The notes beneath the pieces are model-generated. The model saw only the letters and a list, made by a program, of their open reading frames with translations. It was not told the DNA's origin and did no database searches. From positions 18,212 to 82,211 of the forward strand of contig WGCU01000041.1 of the NCBI GenBank assembly GCA_015493635.1: a DNA stretch of 64,000 nucleotides, given 5' to 3'. Origin of the DNA: Spirochaetaceae bacterium. GTDB lineage: Bacteria > Spirochaetota > Spirochaetia > B11-G9. The number at the start of each line of letters is the position of its first letter. Positions within the stretch are counted from its first letter, which is position 1. Positions 39,083 through 47,819 of this stretch are shown here, one piece after another. The translations under genes were made by a program, and so were the position numbers.

Positions 39083-40511
39083 CAGTAAGCACTCCTTTTC
39101 TGTTACTATCTATTCCGAAATAATCAGCTGCATTATTGAAACTGATATCCTGTACCATCTTTCCAAGGAGGTTGTAATCTTCCGGGGCTTCTCCGTTTTC
39201 AACCCAGCCGCCAATGATATTACACAGAACTCTTCTGAAATATTCATGCCGGGGATAGGATAAAAAACTTCTCGAATCAGTCAGCATCCCGACAAATCGT
39301 GAGAGCAGTCCCAAGTTTGCCAGGGCCCTCATTTGATTTTCCATTCCATCTTTCTGATCGTTGAACCACCATCCGGAACCGAACTGGATTTTCCCGGGGA
39401 TTCCCCCTCCCTGAAAGTTACCTGTCATGGTACCGATAAGGTAGTTATCCCGGGGATTAAGAGTGTAGATAATTGTTTTTGGAAGATTCTCCTGGTTTTC
39501 GAGGGTATCAAGAAAGCGGGAAAGTGGAACAGCAACGGTACCGTCCGCAATGGAATCGAACCCTGCATCCGGTCCCAGGGAGTGCAGCATCCGGGTGTTA
39601 TTATTCCTCAGTGCTCCGAAATGGAGCTGCATTACCCATCTCTTTTCCGCATCCATTTTCCCCAGTTCCAGGAGTGCTGCTGTTTTCAGTATTTCAATTT
39701 CCCCCGAATAAAGGGGATTCCCTTTCCTTATTTTTTCAAAGAGAAGGGAAACCGTACTCTTATCCCCGATACGGTAAACAGGTAGTATCAGCGCGTGGTC
39801 CGATATTCTGCAGCCCATAGTGTGAAAAAAATCATGTCGGTTTTTAAGTGCTCCGATATAGGATTCAAAAGAGTCTGTTTCTATGCCTGAAATCCGCGAA
39901 AGGGTATCAAGATACATATTTAGTTCATGCGGTGTTTCAAAGGCAAGCGCTTTATCCGGCCGGAAAGTCGGAAGCACCCTGGTAGGAAAAGATTCATCCA
40001 TTCCCATAAGCCGGTGATATTCGAGAGAATCAGCCGGATCATCAGTCGTGCAAATGACTTTAACATTGAATTTCTCTAGAAGATGTTTTACTGAAAAATC
40101 ACGGGTTTTAAGAAGATCTGAAGCAGTCTGATAAATGAACTCTTCCGTAGCAGGAGACAGAAGTTCCTCTATTCCGAAATATCTCCGCAGTTCGAGGTGT
40201 GTCCAGTGGTACAGGGGGTTCCCTATGGTATACGGGACAGTAGCAGCCCATGCATGGAATTTTTCCCGGTCGGAAGCGTCTCCTGTAATGTATTTTTCCT
40301 TTACTCCGTTCGTCCGCATGGCACGCCACTTGTAGTGATCGCCTTTGAGCCAGATGTCCGTCAGGTTTTGAAACCGTTTATCTTCTGCAATTTCTCCCGG
40401 AGGCAGGTGGCAGTGATAATCAAAAATCGGCATCCTCTCCGCGTATTCATGGTAGAGCCGCTGAGCTGGTTTTGATCCAAGAAGAAAGTTTCCGTCCATG
40501 AAAGATCTCAT
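39072..40511 (-). CDS. uxaC: Glucuronate isomerase
   Basis: The N-terminus AQRLYHEYAERMPIFDYHCHLPPGEIAEDKRF...GDHYKWRAMR...GNPLYHWTHLELRRYFGI matches conserved UxaC blocks. Confidence 0.85.
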   Translation of the reverse strand: MRSFMDGNFLLGSKPAQRLYHEYAERMPIFDYHCHLPPGEIAEDKRFQNLTDIWLKGDHYKWRAMRTNGVKEKYITGDASDREKFHAWAATVPYTIGNPLYHWTHLELRRYFGIEELLSPATEEFIYQTASDLLKTRDFSVKHLLEKFNVKVICTTDDPADSLEYHRLMGMDESFPTRVLPTFRPDKALAFETPHELNMYLDTLSRISGIETDSFESYIGALKNRHDFFHTMGCRISDHALILPVYRIGDKSTVSLLFEKIRKGNPLYSGEIEILKTAALLELGKMDAEKRWVMQLHFGALRNNNTRMLHSLGPDAGFDSIADGTVAVPLSRFLDTLENQENLPKTIIYTLNPRDNYLIGTMTGNFQGGGIPGKIQFGSGWWFNDQKDGMENQMRALANLGLLSRFVGMLTDSRSFLSYPRHEYFRRVLCNIIGGWVENGEAPEDYNLLGKMVQDISFNNAADYFGIDSNRKGVLTDAS

Positions 40512-40519
40512 AACTCCCC

Positions 40520-41332
40520 CTAGATATTGTCTACAAGATATCCGCCATCTACCGAGATGGTTACTCCTGTAATAAATCCGGAGGCTTTTCTGCTTGCCAG
40601 AAACACGACAGTCCCGTGGAGTTCTTCCGGATTGCCAAACCTTTTGAAGGGAGTATGGTTTATAATGGCCTTCCCCCTCTCGGTAAGGGTCTTTTTCCCG
40701 TAGTTTTCATAGAGAAGTGACCTGTTCTGAATTCCGGCAAAAAATCCCGGTGCAATAGCATTTACACGGATCTTATAGGGTGCAAACTCTTTTGCTGTTG
40801 CCGCGGTCAGGTTCATGACTGCGGCTTTTGCTGCATCATACGCCCATACGCCGGAAAGAGGAACGTAAGAAGCGGAAGAAGCAAGATTGATAATGGATCC
40901 TTCGATCTTGTGCTCTATCCAGTATTTTGCAATTACCTGGGTAGGAATAACGAGTCCCCCAAAGAGATTCAATTTTAGAATTTCTTCAAAAAGATCCAGA
41001 TCCGTGTCGATAAAAGAAGATTTCCCCCTGTTTCCTCCCACTCCGTTTATGAGTACTGTGGGGATACCGATAGTATCTACTATTTCCCTGAAACCAGTTT
41101 CTACTGCTTCTCTGTCGGAGGTATCCACTTTGAAGGAAAAGATTTTCCCCTGTTTCCCGGTTTTTTCCTCAAGATTTTTTATCACTTCTTCCGGTGAGGT
41201 ACTTTTCCCCCGGCTCCAGAGGATAACTTCCGCCCCGGCATGGAGCACAGCTTTGGCAAAGGATGATCCTATAACCCCTGTTCCTCCGGTGATGAGTATA
41301 ATTTCACCGGTTAAATCAAACAACTCAATCAT
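40520..41332 (-). CDS. Short-chain dehydrogenase/reductase, candidate fructuronate reductase (UxuB/UxaD-type) or KduD-like
   Basis: TGGTGVIGS Rossmann motif and the YDAAK catalytic dyad. Confidence 0.7.
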   Translation of the reverse strand: MIELFDLTGEIILITGGTGVIGSSFAKAVLHAGAEVILWSRGKSTSPEEVIKNLEEKTGKQGKIFSFKVDTSDREAVETGFREIVDTIGIPTVLINGVGGNRGKSSFIDTDLDLFEEILKLNLFGGLVIPTQVIAKYWIEHKIEGSIINLASSASYVPLSGVWAYDAAKAAVMNLTAATAKEFAPYKIRVNAIAPGFFAGIQNRSLLYENYGKKTLTERGKAIINHTPFKRFGNPEELHGTVVFLASRKASGFITGVTISVDGGYLVDNI

Positions 41333-41504
41333 TTATCCGTTCCTTTTCTTTCCATGTTTGAGAGTATCATAGAATAAGAATGTCTTGTTGGTCAATAATT
41401 TTTCTTTTTATTTCTTAAAAGAGAGCTAAAAGAAAGATATCTCTTGACTTTTTGATGAGGGTATACTAAAAATTCAGAGAAGATACAGATCCAGGGGAGG
41501 ATTC

Positions 41505-42773
41505 ATGATTTACTATGAGCGGGGCGGAACGCATGATGTACTGTCTGATAAAGAATTACAGGAAGGACTTATTTCCGCTCTTGAGAGAATGGGGAAACGG
41601 GAGAAAGTTCTTATTATCCCTCCTGATATAACACGGCTTCATTCACAGGCGGGTAAACTTACCGAATCCGCCTGGAAATATCTGGGTAAGTCCCTCACTG
41701 ATATTCTTCCTGCCCTCGGCACGCATGCTCCCATGAGTGAATCTGAAATAAAAAGGATGTACGGCCGGACGCCGCTGGATTTATTCCGCGTTCATGACTG
41801 GCGTCATGATGTTGTATCTGTCGGTACTGTACCGGCGGAATACGTAAAGAAAATATCAGACGGGAGTGTTGATTTTGCATGGACCGCCGAGGTTAACCGA
41901 ATGCTGGTGGAAGGGGAGTATGATTGTATTCTTTCGGTTGGTCAGGTTGTACCCCATGAAGTTGTGGGAATGGCAAACTACAACAAGAATATATTTATCG
42001 GAACTGGAGGAGCAGAAGGGATAAACAAGAGCCACTTTCTCGGAGCTGCATACGGAATGGAACGGATGATGGGAAAGGTGGATACCCCCGTACGTAGAGT
42101 CCTCAATTATGCTTCAGAACATTTCACGGGCAATCTCCCCCTTTTCTATGTTTTAACGGTTATCGGAACCGATTCACAGGGAGCGTTAAAAACACGGGGG
42201 TTATTTATAGGAGATGATGAAGAATGTTTTTTAAAGGCATCCGAACTTTCGTTACGGGTGAACGTTACCCGGGTACCCGAACCTTTGAAAAAGGTTGTCG
42301 TTTATCTTGACCCTGAAGAATACAAAAGTACCTGGCTGGGAAACAAGGCAATTTACCGTACACGGATGGCTATTGCTGACGGAGGAGACCTTGTCATTAT
42401 GGCACCGGGGATGAAGACCTTCGGTGAGGATAGAACCATCGATAAGCTTATTCGAAAGTATGGTTACGCGGGAACTCCGGCGATTCTGGAGTTAACTATG
42501 GAAAAAAGTGATCTCGCTGAAAATCTTAGTGCGGCTGCCCACCTCATCCATGGATCAAGCGAAGGAAGATTCAGGATTACGTACTGTCCTGGAAATCTTT
42601 CACGGCAGGAGATAGAGGGGGTGGGCTATCAGTATGAAAGAATTGAAACAATGATGCGCAAGTATAATCACGAATTATTAAAAGAAGGCTGGAACAAAAT
42701 GACGGATGGAGAAGAGGTCTACTTTATTTCTAATCCGGCGCTGGGATTGTGGATGGCCGGGGATGAGGTATAA
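41505..42773 (+). CDS. LarA-like protein (nickel-pincer-dependent 2-hydroxyacid racemase/epimerase family)
   Basis: 422 aa. The N-terminal block (GKREKVLIIPPDITRLHSQAG) resembles the LarA N-terminal domain. The length matches LarA. Confidence 0.55.
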   Translation: MIYYERGGTHDVLSDKELQEGLISALERMGKREKVLIIPPDITRLHSQAGKLTESAWKYLGKSLTDILPALGTHAPMSESEIKRMYGRTPLDLFRVHDWRHDVVSVGTVPAEYVKKISDGSVDFAWTAEVNRMLVEGEYDCILSVGQVVPHEVVGMANYNKNIFIGTGGAEGINKSHFLGAAYGMERMMGKVDTPVRRVLNYASEHFTGNLPLFYVLTVIGTDSQGALKTRGLFIGDDEECFLKASELSLRVNVTRVPEPLKKVVVYLDPEEYKSTWLGNKAIYRTRMAIADGGDLVIMAPGMKTFGEDRTIDKLIRKYGYAGTPAILELTMEKSDLAENLSAAAHLIHGSSEGRFRITYCPGNLSRQEIEGVGYQYERIETMMRKYNHELLKEGWNKMTDGEEVYFISNPALGLWMAGDEV

Positions 42774-42782
42774 GGAGTTATT

Positions 42783-44243
42783 ATGGATGGCAGGAAAGCT
42801 GATATTGGTCTTATAGGCCTTGCGGTAATGGGACAGAATCTGGTTCTAAATATGAATGATCACGGTTTCAGTGTGGCGGTATTTAACCGGACAGTGAGTA
42901 AAGTTGAAGCTTTTCTTTCGGGCCCTGCTTCCGGGAGAGAAACAATTTTCGGTGCTAAAAGTTTGGATGAGTTTATTGTTCTCTTAAAACGTCCCCGTAA
43001 AGTTATGCTTATGGTAAAAGCCGGAGCAGTGGTAGATTCTTTTATTGAGAAGCTCCTCCCGTTTCTTGACGATGGGGACATTATTATTGACGGCGGTAAT
43101 TCCCACTATCCGGATACTGAAAGGCGGACAAAAGAACTGGCTGAGAAGGGAATACTTTTTATCGGTACCGGAGTGTCCGGAGGTGAGGAAGGAGCAAGAT
43201 CCGGCCCCTCTCTTATGCCCGGCGGAAATCCGGAAGCGTGGCCCTTTGTTAAGGAGATCCTTCAGGGAATTGCAGCAAAAACTGACAACGGGGAAATTTG
43301 CTGTCAATGGGTTGGTGAAAACGGTGCCGGGCACTACGTAAAGATGGTCCACAACGGTATTGAATACGGGGATATGCAGCTTATTTCTGAAGCGTATCAT
43401 CTTATGAAAAACGGCTTGGGGATGACATACGGGGAGATGCATCAAATCTTCATCCAATGGAATTCCGGAGCCCTGGAATCGTACCTCATAGAGATAACAG
43501 GAGCTATCCTTGCTTTCAAAGATGAAGACGGTGAGCCGATAGTTGAAAAAATTCTTGATAAAGCCGGTCAGAAAGGTACCGGGAAATGGACGGGAATCAG
43601 TGCCCTGGAAATGGGAATGCCGGTAACGCTCATCGGAGAAGCGGTTTTTTCCCGATGCCTTTCAGCATTGAAGGATGAACGGGTTGCCGCATCGAAAGTT
43701 TTCAGCGGCCCTGATGAAACGTTCTCCGGAGACAGGGATACGTTTCTTGAAGATCTTGAAAAAGCTCTCCTGGCATCAAAGCTTGTTTCCTACGCCCAGG
43801 GTTTTATGCTTATGAGGGAAGCAGCGGGAGAGTATTCATGGAATCTGAACTACAGTGATATTGCGCTTATGTGGCGCGGCGGCTGTATTATACGGAGTTC
43901 ATTCCTTGGTGATATTTCGAACGCTTTTAAAAAGAACAGAGATCTTTCCAACCTTATGCTTGATGATTTTTTCAAGCGTATTCTTGCTGATGCACAGGGG
44001 GCATGGCGGAGGGTTGTGTCAAAAGCTGTTGAATTAGGAATACCGCTGCCAGCGATGAGTACAGCGCTTGCGTTTTTTGACGGATACAGAACAGAGAATT
44101 TACCGGCTAACCTGCTGCAGGCTCAGCGTGATTATTTCGGAGCGCATACCTACGAGCGTAAGGACCGTCCAAGGGGCCAGTATTATCATACTAATTGGAC
44201 CGGAAAAGGCGGAAACGTTTCCTCCAGCACGTACAATGCGTAG
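42783..44243 (+). CDS. gnd: 6-phosphogluconate dehydrogenase, decarboxylating
   Basis: The N-terminal ADIGLIGLAVMGQNLVLNMNDHGF...FNRT matches Gnd. The 486 aa length fits. Confidence 0.85.
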   Translation: MDGRKADIGLIGLAVMGQNLVLNMNDHGFSVAVFNRTVSKVEAFLSGPASGRETIFGAKSLDEFIVLLKRPRKVMLMVKAGAVVDSFIEKLLPFLDDGDIIIDGGNSHYPDTERRTKELAEKGILFIGTGVSGGEEGARSGPSLMPGGNPEAWPFVKEILQGIAAKTDNGEICCQWVGENGAGHYVKMVHNGIEYGDMQLISEAYHLMKNGLGMTYGEMHQIFIQWNSGALESYLIEITGAILAFKDEDGEPIVEKILDKAGQKGTGKWTGISALEMGMPVTLIGEAVFSRCLSALKDERVAASKVFSGPDETFSGDRDTFLEDLEKALLASKLVSYAQGFMLMREAAGEYSWNLNYSDIALMWRGGCIIRSSFLGDISNAFKKNRDLSNLMLDDFFKRILADAQGAWRRVVSKAVELGIPLPAMSTALAFFDGYRTENLPANLLQAQRDYFGAHTYERKDRPRGQYYHTNWTGKGGNVSSSTYNA

Positions 44244-44255
44244 AAGAAGATACTG

Positions 44256-45008
44256 ATGTCAGTTAACAGCCGTCATGATAGAATTATTACCCTTATAAGA
44301 AAAATGAGGAAAGTCTCTGTCCATGATTTAACGAAACGTCTTGGTGTTACAAATGTGACGATTAGAAAAGATCTCTCTTTCCTTGAGGAAAGAGGGATTC
44401 TAATGCGGACCCACGGGGGGGCGGTCCTTGCTGAGAACAGCTATCGTGATCAGTATTTTTTGAAACGGAAAGAAACGCATAAAGAGGAAAAAAAGAGAAT
44501 TGCCAAAAGAGCGGCGGAGTTTATTTTTGAGGATGATACTGTTTATATAGATTCGGGCAGTACCGCTGCTTTTCTTGCCCGGGAAATTTCCGGAATAAAT
44601 ATCCGCGTTATTACAAATAGTCTTGATGTAATGAATATTCTTTCCAACTCCGAAGAGGTTGTTCTTATTTCCGTTGGAGGGAGTTTCCGGAAAGATGCGG
44701 GTTCTTTTATAGGCCCTCAGGCGGAAGAAATACTACGCTATTTCAGAATTGACCTTGCCTTTCTCGGTACGAGCGGGATTTCCGCAGAGGGAAGATTTTC
44801 TTCCTTCAACATCTTTGAAAGTCAGTTCAAAAGTACCGTAATAGCTTCATCGAAAAGGAAAATTATCCTTTCTGACAGCAGTAAGTACGGGAAAGAGGCA
44901 TTTTCGGTATTTGCACAGAGTGGGGAGATCGATATGCTTGTAACAGATAATAGCTTCTCCGCGGGTGATCAATTTGCCCGGTTTGGAATTGAGGTTATCA
45001 CTGTATAA
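44256..45008 (+). CDS. DeoR family transcriptional regulator
   Basis: N-terminal DeoR HTH (RIITLIRKMRKVSVHDLTKRLGVTNVTIRKDL) plus a DeoR C-terminal sugar-phosphate-binding domain. Confidence 0.8.
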   Translation: MSVNSRHDRIITLIRKMRKVSVHDLTKRLGVTNVTIRKDLSFLEERGILMRTHGGAVLAENSYRDQYFLKRKETHKEEKKRIAKRAAEFIFEDDTVYIDSGSTAAFLAREISGINIRVITNSLDVMNILSNSEEVVLISVGGSFRKDAGSFIGPQAEEILRYFRIDLAFLGTSGISAEGRFSSFNIFESQFKSTVIASSKRKIILSDSSKYGKEAFSVFAQSGEIDMLVTDNSFSAGDQFARFGIEVITV

Positions 45009-45086
45009 ACTGGTTCTTCCTATGAAATTAAGTTTTTTTTAACAATACTTGCAAAGAAGAATTATTCTCACTATTATTTTTATAAA

Positions 45087-46217
45087 GTGTTTCAGATTAT
45101 ATATATAGATAGTGACAAAAAGTGGCATGATATTCTTCGCTTCTCCTTACCTGGATATTCCATACTATCATCGTATACGGGAAAGACCGGACTCACTATG
45201 GTATTACAGAGGTCACCGGATCTTGTAATACTTAATAACAAACTGCCCGATATGAATGTATTTGAGGCTCTGCAGAGAATAAATTCGGTTTTTGCCCCTC
45301 CTCCGGTTATTATCATGGGAAAATGTAAATCACCCCATGATATAGTAAAAGCAGTTCAGTATGGTGCGGTAGATTTTCTCTTAAAACCTTTCAATCTATA
45401 TGAGTTAAAGGAATCAATTTTACGGACAGCACCGATAAAAAAGATCACGGGAGATTATGTCCGATATGAAAAGTATAAGGAGTTGGATGCCCTTGTCGGA
45501 GAATCGGAAAAGATGCGGGAAATAAAAGATGAAATTCTCTCATTTGCTCTTTCAGATGCGGCTGTCTTGATTTCAGGGGAAACAGGAACAGGAAAGGACC
45601 TTATTGCCCGGGCAATACACCAGTTGTCAAAAAGAACCGGTCCTTACCAGATTATGCCTGCCGGTGCAATTCCTTTTACCTTGCTTGAATCTTTGTTGTA
45701 TGGTACGGAAAAAGGGGCATTTACCGATGCGGTTTCTCAAGCAGGATACTTTGAAAAATCAAATCAGGGAACGCTATTTATTGATGAAATAGGTGAGATG
45801 TCTACCTTCGCCCAGGTAAAACTCCTCAGGATTCTGGAGGATGAGGAGATTACACGTATAGGCGGTAAGCAGACAATTCCCATAGATGTCAGGATTGTAT
45901 CCGCGACAAACATTGACATGCACAGTGCAATACAGGAAAAGAATTTCCGGGATGATCTCTATTATAGAATAAGTACGCTGTCCATATCAGTTCCGCCGCT
46001 GAGAGAGAGAAGGGATGATATCCCTCTCCTTGTACAACATTTCCTTAGGCGTGGGCATTACGCATCTTCCTTATCGAAATCGGCCCTTTCAAAATTAATG
46101 GAGTATTCGTGGCCCGGAAACATCAGAGAATTAAAAAACGTTATACACAGGGCTATGGTTCTATCAGGTAATAAGCAGATAGAACCGGTCTCCATTATAA
46201 CGGGAAAACACAGATAA
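45087..46217 (+). CDS. Atypical sigma54-activator-like AAA+ protein (pseudo-receiver, no DNA-binding domain)
   Basis: Walker A GETGTGKDLIARAIH, and a Walker B/arginine finger series. The sigma54-contact motif reads GAFTDA rather than GAFTGA. The receiver-like N-terminus has Asn at the phosphoacceptor position (LVILNNKLPDMN). The protein ends about 15 residues after the AAA+ lid, with no Fis-type HTH. Confidence 0.65.
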   Translation: MFQIIYIDSDKKWHDILRFSLPGYSILSSYTGKTGLTMVLQRSPDLVILNNKLPDMNVFEALQRINSVFAPPPVIIMGKCKSPHDIVKAVQYGAVDFLLKPFNLYELKESILRTAPIKKITGDYVRYEKYKELDALVGESEKMREIKDEILSFALSDAAVLISGETGTGKDLIARAIHQLSKRTGPYQIMPAGAIPFTLLESLLYGTEKGAFTDAVSQAGYFEKSNQGTLFIDEIGEMSTFAQVKLLRILEDEEITRIGGKQTIPIDVRIVSATNIDMHSAIQEKNFRDDLYYRISTLSISVPPLRERRDDIPLLVQHFLRRGHYASSLSKSALSKLMEYSWPGNIRELKNVIHRAMVLSGNKQIEPVSIITGKHR

Positions 46218-46386
46218 GGTGTTCTGTATGCTGATCATACAGTTTTTACGTGAAATTCCTTCTTATTGGTTTATTTAAAAGAACAAAATGCCGAAAATAC
46301 ATATAAAAGCTTGATAAAAGCTCAACACATTGATAAAATATTAAAAGGGTTAATCCCTTTTCAAAACCGGATAGTTAAGAGGTAGT

Positions 46387-46938
46387 ATGGCTAACAACGA
46401 AATTGTACCAGGATTTGACGAGGAAAAAGACGATAGTTTACGAATTAAACTTCAAAAGGTTAATGAAGTTGAGAATTGCCTTGTACTCTATTTAACTGGT
46501 TATATTGATACGTATAATTCGAATTTTTTTCAGAAAAGGGTCACAAAAGCGATTGAAAACGGATTTACAAAGCTTATTTTTAACTGTGCGGGTCTAAACT
46601 ATGTTTCCAGTACCGGAATTGGTTCTTTTACAGCTTTTTTAAAAGCAGTCAAACCACGGGGCGGGGATCTGGTTCTTTTAGAGATACAACCAAAAGTATA
46701 TGAAGTGTTTCAGCTTCTCGGTTTTTCCCAGTTTTTCACCATTAAAGATAATCTTGGTGAGGCTGTTGATTTCTTTGGTTCTGGTTCTGCTGATAAATCT
46801 TCACAGGTTTTTCCGAAGATTTTCCAATGTCCCATCTGTTCGAAGCGGCTGAAAGCGACAAAACCAGGACGTTTTCGGTGTTCAGAATGTAAAACCATCC
46901 TTGCCATAGATAATTCAGGTCAGGTTTTTCTTGGATAA
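46387..46938 (+). CDS. STAS-domain protein (anti-sigma-factor-antagonist-like) with C-terminal zinc ribbon
   Basis: STAS core with a phosphorylatable Ser (NYVSSTGIGSF). C-terminal CPICS...CSECK. Confidence 0.6.
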   Translation: MANNEIVPGFDEEKDDSLRIKLQKVNEVENCLVLYLTGYIDTYNSNFFQKRVTKAIENGFTKLIFNCAGLNYVSSTGIGSFTAFLKAVKPRGGDLVLLEIQPKVYEVFQLLGFSQFFTIKDNLGEAVDFFGSGSADKSSQVFPKIFQCPICSKRLKATKPGRFRCSECKTILAIDNSGQVFLG

Positions 46939-46984
46939 TCAATACTTCTTACAGTGTCTTTTTTCTTAACCAAGGAGCATTCCA

Positions 46985-47680
46985 GTGGGAATATTCAAAA
47001 GGATAAAACGTATTTTTAAGGCTAATTTGAATAGTGCCATGGATAAAGCTGAGAATCCTGAGAAAATGCTTACCCAGGTAATCATTGATATGAATCAGCA
47101 GCTTATGGAATCAAAAAAAAGTGTTGCTTCTGCCATAGCCGATGAGAAACGGCTGGAAAGACAGATGAGAAATAATCAATCGCTTTCCAGAGAGTGGGAA
47201 GAAAAAGCAAAACTTGCAGTAAAAGCAGGAAAAGATGATCTTGCCAAAGAAGCCCTCGTTCGTAAGCAGGAGTATGATTCCATCTATTTTCAGTACAAAG
47301 AACAATGGACTAATCAACATGAATCAGTTGAAAAACTGAAGATTGTTCTGAAACAACTTCAGCGAAAGATTGAAGAAGCCCAGAGGAAGAAGAATCTTCT
47401 TATTGCCAGGGCAAAGAGAGCACGGGCTCAAAAAAGAATTCAGGAAACAATGACGAGCATCGATGACAGTTCCGCATTTGAAGTTTTTGATAAGATGTCT
47501 GAAAAAGTAGACCGCCTGGAAGCGGAAAATGAAGCTGTACTGGAGCTTTCTGAGACAAACAATGGTAAAGATGATCTGGAAAAAAAGTTTGAAGCTCTTG
47601 AATCTGATACCACTTCTCCAGAATTATTACTTGAAGATTTGAAACAGCGCATGAAAGAAGAGGGAGAAGGGAACGGATAA
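46985..47680 (+). CDS. pspA: PspA/IM30 family protein (phage shock protein A / Vipp1-like)
   Basis: GTG start. MGIFKRIKRIFKANLNSAMDKAENPEKML matches the PspA N-terminus. Coiled-coil composition throughout. Confidence 0.8.
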   Translation: MGIFKRIKRIFKANLNSAMDKAENPEKMLTQVIIDMNQQLMESKKSVASAIADEKRLERQMRNNQSLSREWEEKAKLAVKAGKDDLAKEALVRKQEYDSIYFQYKEQWTNQHESVEKLKIVLKQLQRKIEEAQRKKNLLIARAKRARAQKRIQETMTSIDDSSAFEVFDKMSEKVDRLEAENEAVLELSETNNGKDDLEKKFEALESDTTSPELLLEDLKQRMKEEGEGNG

Positions 47681-47819
47681 TATCTCTGTTGCCTTTTATT
47701 CTTCTGATCCTTCCTATTTTACATTAGCTGATACATTATCTTTTCGTCTCTCGTTTTTTACTTTCTCAGGTACAGGATTCCCCTATATTCCGGATGATGC
47801 TGATATTGTTGTCGTTCCG

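Noticed and set aside
41333-41504. Sigma70 promoter TTGACT...TATACT in the SDR/LarA divergent region
   Set aside because: The spacer is only 12 nt with the best hexamers. I noted an AAGAGA...TCTCTT inverted repeat there, but I did not call a promoter.
45087-46217. Classical NtrC-type two-component response regulator call
   Set aside because: The receiver lacks the phosphoacceptor Asp and no C-terminal HTH is present. I described it as an atypical activator-like AAA+ protein instead.
46218-46386. Sigma54 (-24/-12) promoter upstream of STAS-pspA
   Set aside because: I could not find a GG-N10-GC element with the correct spacing to the start codon. I therefore did not annotate it.
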